A DNA stretch of 60,832 nucleotides, the filler included, from Sphacelaria rigidula (lineage: Eukaryota): assembly GCA_964200075.2 (NCBI GenBank). It is 8 parts of 8 records of this genome, joined end to end, with 100 filler letters (N's around TTAATTAATTAA, not from the genome) between each part and the next. Parts side by side here need not be neighbours in the genome. Positions count along the whole stretch, not along the records: positions 1 to 7,518 come from CAXNAA020014543.1; positions 7,619 to 15,136 come from CAXNAA020014544.1; 6 more parts are not named here. One strand, 5' to 3'. The translations under genes and the position numbers were made by a program. Shown one piece after another: positions 1 to 11,930 of this stretch (positions are counted from its first letter, which is position 1; each line of letters opens with the position of its first letter). The notes under the pieces were generated by a model. That model made no database searches. It saw only the letters and a list, made by a program, of their open reading frames with translations, and had not been told where the DNA came from.

Positions 1-1583
1 TCCATGTACTTACTATTTATACCCGAGTCGGGCAGCATCAGAGTGACCCAAAATTACCCAAAAAATATCTTCTAGTGAAGCCAAATCGCGTAACAACACG
101 CCTCCGGCGGGGCTCCCTCACCAGCCGGGGGGGGCTGGTGGTCGCGGCGAAGCCGCGACCACGCGGCTTCGCCCCGGCACCAGTGTACTGTTTGGACCCA
201 GTATACTGGCTGCTGACCGCAGCCAGTACACCTGGTACTGGCGCTGTGCGCCAGTACCCAACCCTAATTGCTTGGGTTTTTTCTTGTCTAGGCATAAATG
301 AAGCCCAAATAACAGCAATGACGACCGTCCAGAGAGGGGGGGGATGGGGGGTGAACCCCCCCGATGATGGGTGTTGTTATGTCATGCAGTGTTTGTCTCG
401 ATACACCTGGTATGCTTGTACGTATGGCTATCCCTCGAGAGGTCGAACGATGGAACCTTGCGGTTTTTAGTTCTTTGGTTGATGGTATTTGGGGCCCTGA
501 GTCTCGCCCGTAGTCGGACCCTGTGTTCATTTCTACTTGGCGTTGCGCGTCGCGGTGGAAAGTCTGGTGCCACCCCCTGAAGTCCGAATGGCCACCTGCG
601 GCACCGGATCTTTGAGGTTAGCTATATGTTTTCTCTTTCTTCTTTATTATTTATCCCTGTTTTGCTTGTATTGCGTTTTGTGATTTTTAATCCAGTTTTT
701 TTTTTTTTGCTTGCCTGTGACCACGGAAGGCGTCCGCATCAGGTGCCCAGTACGAATGTACCGCGCAGATATCGGAAGGGTTCTTAGTGTGAAGACAACA
801 ACAACAATAACAAGAGGCCCGATCTGGGCTTCAATTCCCTCAGCTCGCTGGCTACAGACCAGAGCAGTACAGTATATCGATGATATTTTCAAAAGCACCA
901 TGTCATCATGAAACAAGCTTACGGTATAGCTTCGAAAGGGGGCGGTGCTCTAGCACATGAGGCTGCACACGCGAGAGCGATACATGTTTGCATTAGCTAT
1001 ATGATGTCCCGTGTGTGTATAGTGCTTGGTCGTCTTCGCCGTTGCATCTCTAGACAATTTCTGTCGCGGTAAAAACTGTATCTTTACCGGAAGATGCGCC
1101 AACCGTGGCCAGGCGGTGGGTATCGTGTGGATACTGTCTGTACGGCACCGATCAACACGAGCCATTCAGAAAAAAAGCACGACGGCCAGCAATAGGGAGC
1201 CAGCAGCATTGATGCCGGTATAATCCTTTTCTCGGGGTTGTGCCGTCCGGGCAGCATGAAACATCGCACAACGACGACGATAGTGTTCCGGATTTATTGG
1301 TCATTTTCCAGTTGACTAGGCTCCATGTATAATATTTTTGCTATGCTTTGTATCCGATGGGTCATGTGCCATTCTGGCGTTTGTATGAGCCCGGTTTGTT
1401 GTCGACTTTCACGCATTCAGAGTCTTTTGGGAACCTATCTCAAGCAGCACAGCAGCATTTAGCCTGTTCGCCGATAATACAAGAAGCATCTACTCCAGCT
1501 TCGGGACTTCTTCTCGAAGGACTCTGGTCTTCGTCTAAAGCAAGCCTGACTTGCATGCAGCTGACGCTGCTTTGAGCACTTGC

Positions 1584-1721
1584 TCAACCCTTTGGGAACT
1601 AGACCCCCAGGGAGTGCTGATTTTGGTTTTGGTGAATCGGCATCATTTTCAGTCTCAAAATGATGCCGATTCACAAAGATTCACAAAACAAAAATCAGCA
1701 CTTGAGTTCCCAAAGGATTAA
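1584..1721. mobile_element. Small palindromic MITE with piggyBac-like ends
   Basis: Ends are TCAA-CCCTTTGGGAACT and AGTTCCCAAAGGA-TTAA. The internal arms GTGCTGATTTT..GTGAATCGGCATCATTTT and AAAATGATGCCGATTCAC..AAAATCAGCAC are inverted copies. Confidence 0.7.
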
Positions 1722-2309
1722 CACACTGCAGATCGACTCGACTGCATGAAAACGACGTGCACACCATCTTTATCGAGCTTCATCAAACCGTGGTGTTTGA
1801 ATGTGTTTGAGCACAAGAGTGCTCGGGTGCCCACGGACTGGCACCCTTCACCTCTAGACGTTTACCACCGATTTGCGACAATAGCACCACCTCATCTCAT
1901 GCCCCTCATGCAGAACCGGGCAGGATACAGGGGCAAGCTGAGCACAAATGGAGACTGCGACACCGACCCTGGCCACCGCAACCATACCGCAGGCATGATG
2001 ACGTTCATAGCGAACATTGTGTACATCAATCCGTATACAAAAATACAAAGCACCCCTCATGAGGCCGTTTTTATCCTGGATATCATGTTTCCGTAGCACG
2101 GTCCTGTACTGTGGCTGCGGGACTAGAAGGCCGGCGAACACAAGTGCGACGGAGTCCATACCAAAATCAAGTTTGCGTTACATAATGCTTTATACAATGT
2201 AGAAGGGTTGAACATGATATCATTAAATTTCTTGGAATTAGTTTATGCGTTATATAATTTGACCCGTACCTACGGACACACCTCTGTGTCTTCGTCCGCT
2301 TGTAGGTTA

Positions 2310-5199
2310 TTATAATGATAATTATTATTTGTGCACATTAGTCCGATCTCTCGAACCCGTGGTCACAGACGCAGGCTCGTCTTTCTAATGCCGTCCCTGC
2401 TATTCCTTACAAGAAATAGAGTTCTCGTCATCTTTTTTCTGAGACTCCAGACTAATTACAAGAACGAACGCAGTTAACTGAAACATCACCAATATTAAAA
2501 TGAGAGGAGATACGCCAAGAAAAACCAGAGAAGTAGACTCCCCGAGTTCGACGGAGTGAAAAAAAGAGAAGAAAACTTCAGATCTGTCAAGAAAAGCACT
2601 ACGACAGAAAAGGGAAACAAAAGAAAAGACAAGAAAGGGCAGATGACACAAGGGGATCACCATGGCCAACGAGCGAGGGTCAACTCAAAAACAACCCCAG
2701 GCACGCTCATAGACAACCACCACAGCTGCTCGGAAATACCACAGATGTACTAGCGAGTGCACTACCCGATGGACTACTGGTTACTTTTTGGAGGTCCTCG
2801 GTAGGCACTGGGGGAGCTCTAGTGGTAGCACAGCAAAAATTTTCTTAGCGTGGAGTGCTTTCGTTCAGGCTGCCATGTACATGTTCGCTCCTTCCTCTAC
2901 AACTCGGGACCATTCGGACACGTCTTGGGTAAGCTGCGTCCACGATGTCGCGTTCATTCCGAAGTACGAACAGTAGCCCTCGTCTTCCCTCCTACCGTGA
3001 CTCCACGCATGGCGATGTTAGGGAGGCGTTCATCGTGCATACGCATAACGCGGTCGGCGTGTAGGAGGGTTCGCTTCATCAGGGTGACCTCACTGCACTT
3101 GCAGCTAGTTCCTTCGTGGAACTCGTGGGGTGGCAGCATGTGGTAGACAGGGGCGCTGCGACTTGAGGTATGCTTATTGAGGCACCTCAACAGGAATCCT
3201 CGATGGGCCTCCCGTAACGCGCCGAAATTGTCGTGTGCGATCGTCCAGGTCATGCAGCCGTACAGCACTACCTCGATCACTTCAGTCTCCAGGAGACGAA
3301 CCTTGGTGGCCAGAGCGATGCACGGGTTGTCGTATACCGCCCTGCTATACTTGTAGAAGCACGTCCAGGCCTGGCCAATGCGGCTGTGGATCTCGGGAGT
3401 GACATCACCGATGCTGCCGGTTTTTGCGCCAAGGTAGAGGAACGACTCGAGTTGCTTGCATCTTTGGCCCGCTGCCTCCACCTCGATCGTATCCGCCTTC
3501 ATGTTCGGGGGGCGCATGTGCATTGTGATCTTCTTTTCCGCCACGACGAGACCGAATACCGCACATACTTCGACGACGGCGGTCATCTTCTCTGCCAGGC
3601 TTACCCGGAACCGCGAGGCGATGCCAGCGTCGTCGGCGCATAGCATAGCCCAAAGCACTCTGCTGAGTTCGTCCCCAGTCTTCCCGCCCCTTTCAGCGAT
3701 GCGGATGAGGCCCTGCGCCACCGCCTCATTGATCGAGAAGTGGTCGAACGTTACCGTCAACACCGCCGCGAAAAATATGTTGAACCGACCGGGGGTAAGC
3801 ACACACCGTTGGCGGAGGCTCTGGTTGACGTTAAACCACTCAGACGTCTCGCCGCTGTCCAGGCGTATGCATGCTGGCATGCCGTCGTGGAGTTGGCGGA
3901 TGATGGAAATCACCTTGGCGGGGATACCGTAAGGTGCTAGAACTTTCCAGAGAAGAGAGCGGTCCACTGAGTCGTATGCCTTCTGGAGATCGACGAAGCA
4001 CATGCACAGCAGAAGATTCTTCTCTTTGGCCATTTCTTGGAGTCTGCGCACAACGAACACCATATCGACTGTAGACTGGCCAGGTTGGGAACCGCGTTGT
4101 GCTTCTGGGAGGCTTCCCTTTCACTCGCAATAAGCGCTGAGGCGAGTCGCATCTATCTTGAGTATTACCTTGCCCAAAGGAACCCGAGATAAATGCCGCA
4201 GTAGTTGTCGCATTCGCGCGAGTCCTGTTTTTTGAAAAGTACCTTAATGATGGTGTCTTTCCACTCTCGCGGCACTACTTCCTGACGCCATACGTTGATC
4301 ACGATGTTGTGGAAGCACGTCAGAATGGCAGAGTCTTCGGTGCGGCCGAGCTTCAATAGTTCGCCACAGATGTCCGTCCCAATGGCCTTGCCGTTCGCCA
4401 GCTTGCCCACCGCCTCCTTCACTTTTGCAATCGAGGGCTCGGCCGCGAGCGGCGCGTGCTCCGACATCTGTTCGATGAAATCGATGGCAGAGGGGTCGGT
4501 TGTAGGCGAGGTTGCGTTCAGCAATGTTTCGAATCATTCCTTCCATCGTTCCAGGACAGCTTGCTTGTCCCGCAGCAGCTCGCCAGTCGCGCTCCTGATG
4601 TAACTTGAGTCGCTCTGCTTCTTCCCTTCCACTTCCAAGGACTTAATATGCTGGTACATCCCTGCTTGATCCTTCTTGCAAACGAGCTCCGCGGTCCGAA
4701 CTGTGAACTCGTGAACGACGTTCCGTGGCTCAGTATCCTTCGTCCGCTCACACGCGTTGTCCGTCACTTTCAGTGCCTTCTTCGGGACAGCCTCTTTCGA
4801 CTTTGCTCGCACTTTCGTCCATGCACTTTCCCTGACATCCCACGCCCTTTGGAGGCGATCCTGAGCTTGAGCTGACTCACTGAAACCTCTAGATGGGGTG
4901 TTCCCGGGGCATCGAGGGAGTGTGTCCGCGGCCGTCTGTCGCAGGGCGTTGGCGAAGGTAGATGCCATGTCGTTGACGTCCATCAATGCGGGGGAATTGA
5001 TGATATTTGGGAGCTTTGCGACAATGGCCAGTGAAACAGTCGCTCTCCAGCGTCGGTCGGATGCGAGGGCGTTGCGGTCGAAACGCACTCCACTATCCCC
5101 GCCTCTCGGTTTCGGTTGGTGGTTAGGAGCGTTCCGTCCGAGGAGGCGGGTGGTGACTGAGACCAGACGATGGCCCGACTTCATCTCGGGGTGCACAGT
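2310..5199 (-). mobile_element. Degenerate RTE-like non-LTR retrotransposon, 3' part (endonuclease C-terminus, RT, 3' UTR)
   Basis: Frameshifted ORFs 4534-5202, 4165-4524 and 2954-4063 carry RT motifs (WKDTIIKVLFKK, CFVDLQKAYDSVDR, LRQRCVLTP, LCADD, FLYLG). An RTE-type C-terminus WTQLTQDVSEWSRVVEEGA lies at ~2870-2945 and an AAT-rich tail near 2310-2330. Confidence 0.9.
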
Positions 5200-7367
5200 C
5201 ATGGGTAGGAATGGGGGCCGATTTTGGGTGCTATATGCCTGGAAAGTGCAAGCTGAACGCTATATGCGTCAGAAGTGGTCCGTAATCCAACGAATCATAT
5301 CAATGGAAAATACACGCGTCACCTACAAATAACAATCTGGCTCATATGAAATGAACTAAATATCTGGGACGTTTATTCAAGCCTGGGAGTGGTCGGTGCT
5401 GAGGTGATGTTCCTCCGGATAGCTTGCTCCAGATCAGTTGGTGGACACTCTTGTTGCACTAGCTAGTGTCCTGCTTTTTTCTTCACCACTCGGGAAGCAC
5501 ACCCCCCCGATCTGCTACCCCATGTTTGCCGTCATTGCGAAGATAACAAGGCAAGGACACGAACAGCAGCTGTTGTAGCCACCCACCAACGTAACTGCAG
5601 TGAAAGGCGTGCCTGACATTGTGCTAGAACGAGAAAGTGCGGAAATTTGGAGACCATGAGCAGCAGAATCGCGCATGTCGAAACTACTGAGAACGATGTT
5701 GATGTCGACGATCAAGAGGTTCACACTGTGCAGATTGGCTGCGCGCTGCATGTGTTACGCATAGCTGTGACTGCGGTATTGGAGAATGAACTTTTCATGG
5801 GCCCCATGGGGTCAGGGTCATGGCATGAGTGGAAGGAATCCCATCCTGTCTGTCGCTTGGGCACAGTATGGTTTACTCTGTCCAGGTCAACATCTTCAAC
5901 GTCAAGACGCCTTGGGTTCTGCCTCGAAACCGTTTGCCACAAGACTGGTATTTTATCTGTGAACTCGTCCTCTGCAAGTCAAGGGATAAAAGGATATTCG
6001 CTCATGATACGTGAGGTTGTCCTTTGTGTACATCCCCACAGAACAGAGCAGCACATGGCGGACCGCCACCAAAGCAAATGCTATGACACTGATTGGTGCC
6101 AAAAAATGACATTTCGTCAAAGAGGCAAGCTGGCGCGAATCGCATGGTTTACATATTCTTTGCGGTATGTACAGGCAGTCACTTAGAACATCGTGGCTCT
6201 GCCGACCTGGGCAACATAGTGCGTAAAAAATCACAATCGCTCTTCGCGCCTTGGCTTCTCCGCTGGAACCCTCTGACACAACAGCCGAAGTTTATGTGTG
6301 ACCTCGCTGCATTTCAATACGTGAAGGGTACTCGCTGTTGAAAGGTGAATATGCACTTTGTGCACAGCCGTACAGAACGAAGTAGCACCTGGTGGCACGC
6401 CCCAAAGTGAAATGCCGTCACATACTGCTTGCCGCAAGAAAACGAAACACGCAGCCCAAAACGAAGCTTGTCGCACGTCGCATAGTTTGCATCTCATTCT
6501 TATATTATAAATAGTATATAAAACAGTTACTAAATACATGACCACAGTCGCCAGCAGATGTAAGGCAATGCACATACTAGAATCGCTCTCGACGCCTTGG
6601 CTTCTGCACTCGAGCCCTGACACAAAGCGGCCGCCAGCTTTGTCTTTCTTCTGTGAACTTCCCCTCTGCACTTCGGCACTCGGAAGGATACTTGCTGTTG
6701 AAAGGCGAAATTGCTCTTTGTGCAAAGCCGCACAGAACAAAGCAGCGCCTTGAGGCACGCAACCAAGCTACATGTTGTCATAACTTCCTCGCAGCAAGAA
6801 AAAAACATGCGCACCGAATGTTTGGAATTTGCCATCTCCGACCTCCAATGGCTACTGTTCCTCAATCCGAAAGCGCCGATCGCGCAACGCTTAGATCTCG
6901 GCAACGAAGCAGAGGATCGGACTGCGGTTTCTTGCGTGCGCTTCCCACACACCCACGCTACGCCACCTATTAATAGCTACATTTTCGCGTTTGCGCGTGG
7001 TACTAAGTCGCGAAAAAACCAAATATACTGAAATAAGGTGTTTTCGGCTCTGGGGGGGGGGGGGGGGCTGGTCCGCTGTCGCGACTTGAGCAAAATGTGT
7101 AACCAGATTCCCTAGCTGTTGTGTGTATGCGGGGGGCTGTGAAGTGCCGTGGGTCGGCTTGCTTCCTGTGTCGAGAACCGCGCGATCTCAAGTGCTACAG
7201 CTGTCCCACACTAAACCAAGTTGATAAGTGATAAGCACGTCTCCTGTTCGCGAGGGCCTCGGCACAGGTCCGACGACCTACCGACGTGTTCATTTATTCC
7301 TCCGCGTTTTTCTTTATTTTCAATTTGGTGTGGATTTCGGTCGTGAGGGCCCCCATTCCTACCCATA
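5200..7367. mobile_element. TIR DNA transposon (non-autonomous or decayed) inserted into the RTE LINE
   Basis: Perfect 19-bp inverted repeat ATGGGTAGGAATGGGGGCC (5201-5219) and GGCCCCCATTCCTACCCAT (7348-7366). Flanks ACAGT/AGAGT look like a 5-bp TSD with one mismatch. Removing the element rejoins the LINE frame RNVT|VHP. Confidence 0.85.
5467..6973 (+). pseudogene. Decayed ORF: N-terminal C2HC zinc finger, acidic patch and three tandem ~114-aa repeats, unknown family
   Basis: HVCRHC..THQRNC starting at 5521 is in frame (one TGA) with ORF 5647-6186. The repeat motifs RLGF[CS]...GY[SL]L[ML]..E..LC..P[HY]RT recur at ~5908, ~6247 and ~6592 with synonymous third-position changes. Confidence 0.55.
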
Positions 7368-7518
7368 AGAGTGACATTTCGGACGAGTGTGCCATCTTGC
7401 TGACGTACTAGGTTGTAGTCCAAGCGTCAGCGGTGTTCGATCTTCGGCCCCGCATATGTGCATGCGGTCGAGCTTTCCCCGCGCATTGGTGTGCGAAAAA
7501 ATGTGTTGGTGATGGCCA
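7368..7518 (-). mobile_element. 5' continuation of the RTE LINE (APE endonuclease C-terminal motif)
   Basis: The minus-strand frame LDYNLVRQQDGTLVRNVT matches the APE 'lDyil' motif and continues into TVHPEMKSGHRLV (SDH-like motif) at 5199. Confidence 0.75.
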
Positions 7519-7618
7519 NNNNNNNNNNNNNNNNNNNNNNNNNNNNNNNNNNNNNNNNNNNNTTAATTAATTAANNNNNNNNNNNNNNNNNNNNNNNNNN
7601 NNNNNNNNNNNNNNNNNN
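7519..7618. other. Artificial contig spacer (44N-TTAATTAATTAA-44N)
   Basis: Identical 100-bp linker with stop codons in all frames. Confidence 0.99.
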
Positions 7619-7672
7619 ATATACCGAAAGGTGTAGACTGGTGCCCAGAATAAATGAGACAACACACACATA
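7619..7672. repeat. End of a high-copy interspersed repeat, also at 38086-38160
   Basis: CCGAAAGGTGTAGACTGGTGCCCAGAATAAATG followed by a CA-rich tail starts both contig 2 and contig 6. Confidence 0.8.
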
Positions 7673-8056
7673 CGCCGCTGATCTCCGTCGCGTAGAACTG
7701 CCCACAACGTCTGAGAGAGTATGCAGCGGCAGCTGCTGCTGCATTCGGAGAGGCGTACTGTACTATACGTGCGGCGCAACGCCCACGCCCTTCGAAGAGA
7801 AATTGCCGCTTGCAAAAAAGAGGGAAATCGCGACCCAACCTCACCACAAAGGGCTGTGTGGCAAGGTGATGGGGACAATAATATCATGCAAAGCCACAAG
7901 TGGCAGGCAGCGGTCACCACATCCTGTTGAAAGCTCTCCACGGTGACTCATACTGCTTGATACATGTGTACATTACTTGATGCGCACAACACCCGAATTT
8001 CAGTACAGTTTGTACCTGCACCTAAAATAGATTGGATGAAACTTTCGGTGCTCCTC

Positions 8057-8181
8057 TTAACCCTGCGGTTACATCAGTGGATTTTTAGCAACATGAAGGC
8101 ACTGTTTCACGCATACACCAGACACGTCACTCCTAACCAGCCTCATTGGTCGTTATGGAGGCCGAGTCCCGAAAGGGTTAA
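8057..8181. mobile_element. Possible tiny piggyBac-type non-autonomous element
   Basis: Termini TTAA-CCCT and AGGG-TTAA. The TIR is very short. Confidence 0.4.
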
Positions 8182-9029
8182 CGAGGTCTCGTTGCTGACC
8201 ATGCGGATGTAGGGAGAAAGCGGACCGAAAACATCTGAGAAGTATCAGAGGGGGACGAAAAAAAAAAAGAAGGACATTCTTCGAGTTGAAAACAATGCGT
8301 GTAATGTAGAGCGCGCGTAGAACATGGGCGTGGGGGGGTTTCACCCCGGCAGACGCTCAGATTCTCACCTTAAAAGCAACTCCAAGGCCTGTCTTGATGG
8401 TCACTTCTCGGACACGAGTGTCATCTCCCATGCTGCTGTGCTGGACCAACGACGATGTGCCGACGAGGGCGCCAAGGTCACTGGCGACGCTCTTCTGGTA
8501 GTAGTGCAGGTAATAGAACACGCAGTTCCACGCCGCTGCAAGTTCAACGACGACAGAAACGGCAGCCTTAGCGGGTGTAACAGCAGCCGGTACGGAGCAG
8601 CAGCATCAACAGGAGCAACTTTCGTCTCGTTGACAAGCTGGGCTGGCCAAGAATTCCATGTTGTATTAGGTGGTCAAATCTTCGGAACGGAACCAACTCT
8701 GGGCAAGTTGAACATATCTTCGTAATCGGGTAGTTGAGGCAACCACACGGGAAACATCCAGCGCGGGCATCCGCCATATTGGTATCATGCACACTCTGGA
8801 AAATGAACACAATAATAGTTCATTGCTTCAGCGATAGACACGGGGGAGAAAATATCGATATATATATATTGTTGAACACGATAGATGGTGAAACGCATCT
8901 ATTGATATGAAGTGCAAGGGAGAAAATATGTTGCAATAGTCGATCGATAGATAGCCTATGGCAATTACAAAAGATAAAGATCACTCGCAATCAATGGAAA
9001 TCGTGTACTGCGATAGATTCTGGGATGTA

Positions 9030-9330
9030 TATATCGATAGACATTGCCGCAATCAATAGGTTTGGTGAGCCATCCATCGGTAGTCATCGCCGCTATCAAT
9101 TGATTAGGTGAGCCATCCACCGATAGTCATTGCCGTCAGCAATAGATTAGGTGAGCCATCCATCAATATCAATTACCGTCATCAATAGATTTGCTGAGCC
9201 GTCTATCGGTAGCCTCTGACGCGAACAATGCACTTTTGGGTATCTATCAACATGGTCATTGCCGTCAACAATAGGTTTTTCTCGGGAGCACCTGTCGATA
9301 GCCAGTAACGCCAACGATAGATTTTGATAA
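9030..9330 (+). repeat. Degenerate ~45-bp tandem array
   Basis: The unit ATCGATAGTCATTGCCGTCATCAATAGATT-(AGGTGAGCCATCC) is repeated about 6 times. Related units recur at ~10200-10560. Confidence 0.75.
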
Positions 9331-10659
9331 ATATATTGCTCACTGCAGTGGTCTTACGACATCAACGGTAATACCCCTCACATATGAACATGTAACTACC
9401 TGAGACAATAGCTGGCTATAGCTTCTGTGGAATAAGGCGGAAACGTACATCGAAAAATGTGCATACATGGCGCTAGTGATCAGCAATATATATTGGTGGC
9501 CGCGATTCAGATTGCATCGTGACCAGCGATATACAGTGGTGGCTGCGATTCAAATAAAATTGTGATCCGCAATAGACGTTGGTGGGCGCAATCAAGATCC
9601 TTTTGTGACCACCAATACGTACTGATGGCCGCGTGGTAGATCCTATTGTAATTAGCAGTAGACGGTGGTGGCCATAATTCAGAGCCTATTGCGACAAATA
9701 TGATGTATCGACAAACCACTTGGCCCATCCATTGTCACGGCAATGATACATGCTGCCCCTTGTCCCGAATCTATTGTCGCCTCCAATTATCGATATATAT
9801 ATATATATATACATATATATATTAATGCCAGTCGATAATGACTGCCAATGAACATTGGCAGTCAATTTTCTGGGGCTATTGCAGCGCCAATACTCTATTA
9901 TATGGTATTTTGTACCAGGTATAAGCACATCTCACCCACACACGAAAGTACTGCTCATGTCCATCAGAGGGACGATCGTAAGTACCAATACCACACCAAC
10001 AACAAAACTTGTAAACTTTTGTCCACACATATTGCGAATTCCTACAACATACAAGTGTTCCAAAATTATATAAACGTGACGTCACATGTTCACAAGTTGT
10101 ATCATCATATACGCATGTTCACCTGCGGCTTCTCTACCGTACTTCAACGGAGTATAATATGCTCTATACGTTGTATGTTGCAATGTAGGTGTGGCAACAG
10201 ATGCAGAGAATATCAATCGGTAGGCATTGTATACCACAGCAGATTCTGGTGTGTATCTATCGATATTCATTGCCGCCATGCAAAGATTTTGTACGTAATC
10301 TATCAATGGTGATTGCCGTCATCAAAAGATGTGGTATACCATCCGTTAACCGCCATCGTCGTCATCGATAGATTTTCTACGCTGTCCATCGAAAGCTATT
10401 GCCATCATCATATATTTGGAAAAAGATCGATCGATACGTTTGGTCGGCCACAATAGATTCCGGGGTAGGCCACAACAGACTGCTGCCCGGACAAAAAGTG
10501 TGAGAAACTGGTCTATCGATAGACATTGCCAACGACAACAGAAAGAGAAACTTGCCCATCGACGGCCATTACGGACGACAATATTGGCATCTACTGCAGC
10601 AGATTATATTGCTATTGCAGTAGATGCCGTCTATTTTCCAGGCTGTGGTATCATGCGAC

Positions 10660-11930
10660 TCACGTGTCTGTACTGACACCTTTTGTCTGAGGCTTCTTGT
10701 GTTTATTGATCTTCCTTAAACTTTTCATGATGACGAGAGATTTTTCCATCTTTGCCCAAACGTCGTGAGCGTGTAACTCTCGAGAGAAAACAAGAGGTGG
10801 GCGTCCCACTCGGTGATTCATCGTTTCACAGTTATAGCCGAAATCTCGTATCGTATGCAAGTCTTGAAACGGAGCGATCTTGGTGCAAATGTCGCCACGT
10901 GGCGTTAACTTTTTCGAGTTCAGATCTGAAATTATGACATGTGATCTGCAAGGAACTCGCCGAGACAAGGATGAACGTGATACCTTTGTCGGCGAGATGC
11001 TACCTACCCGATGGCGAAAAAAAAAAGTCATGCGCCCTTGAGGCGATAAGTTCCTTGCAAATCGCATGTCACACTTCCAGGTCCAAGCTCGGAAAAGCTG
11101 AATCAGGGGATCTTGTCATTTTTTGTCGTCGGCGATCACCAATGTTTTTTTTTCGCGTGTCACTGCTTATCCCATTGAGAGATTGATCCAAAGTTTGGGG
11201 ATCGGGAGATGCTAGACATCTGGTCCACATTTCGAAACAGAAATCATCTCTGCGCTCAATACTGAACGACTTACGTGCTGAATTGACAGGGGGTGTTATT
11301 GACCGTTTTTGGTCCAAAGCGCTCTCTTTTTGGCCCTAGCGCCATGAATATTTGGGCACAAACAAGCGCCCGTAAAATTATTGACGAGAGCGATCGAGAT
11401 TGATTCACACCCCTCGCCCCCCCTCCCCGTGCTGTGCATACCTCGGTTGGGCAATGTTCGCAGTTTGGTATTTTTCTAAGTTTCCTCGTACAGTATTCTT
11501 TCTTAGCACTCGAAACCTAGCACTGGTGAGTGTTTGGAAAAGAAGCAGGTGGTGCTCAGGGCACAATCCTCAAGTTTGTGTATCGGGGTGACACCGAGTA
11601 ATGGCATCGTTTACAAGGGGGTGGTATCGACCGTCACTCGTCCAAAAACCACAGTTTCTCTGCTCTAGCGCAACGAATACGTGAAAATTGAAAATCTTTC
11701 CATTGGTTCACGACAACGATCGGTATTCCTTCAATCAAGCAAAAAAAACAAGGGTCAGAACCCGGGGCTGGGTAGTCGCAGAACCTCCGAGGGCCGTGCA
11801 GTCCGTAAGTCGTTTAATATCGAGTGGAGATGTGAGTTTTACTTCGGAATGCCGGACGGATGCCTAGTATCTCCCGATTCCCAAACTTGGGGTCAAACGT
11901 GCACAGGAATTTGCGGTGGCACGTGAAAAA
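10660..11930. mobile_element. Non-autonomous DNA-transposon-like sequence with internal inverted and direct repeats
   Basis: 11185-11275 is the inverted copy of 11804-11894. A diverged direct repeat occurs at ~11287-11350 and ~11613-11680. No ORF. Outer boundaries are approximate. Confidence 0.5.

Noticed and set aside
3233-3940. Plus-strand ORFs over the LINE
   Set aside because: These are antisense shadows of the GC-rich RT coding sequence.
7563-7574. Periodic TTAATTAATTAA motif every ~7.6 kb
   Set aside because: It is an artificial linker embedded in N runs.
8368-8797. Minus-strand exon with good splice sites
   Set aside because: No single open frame spans acceptor to donor and there is no recognisable family. 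At most it is a pseudo-exon.
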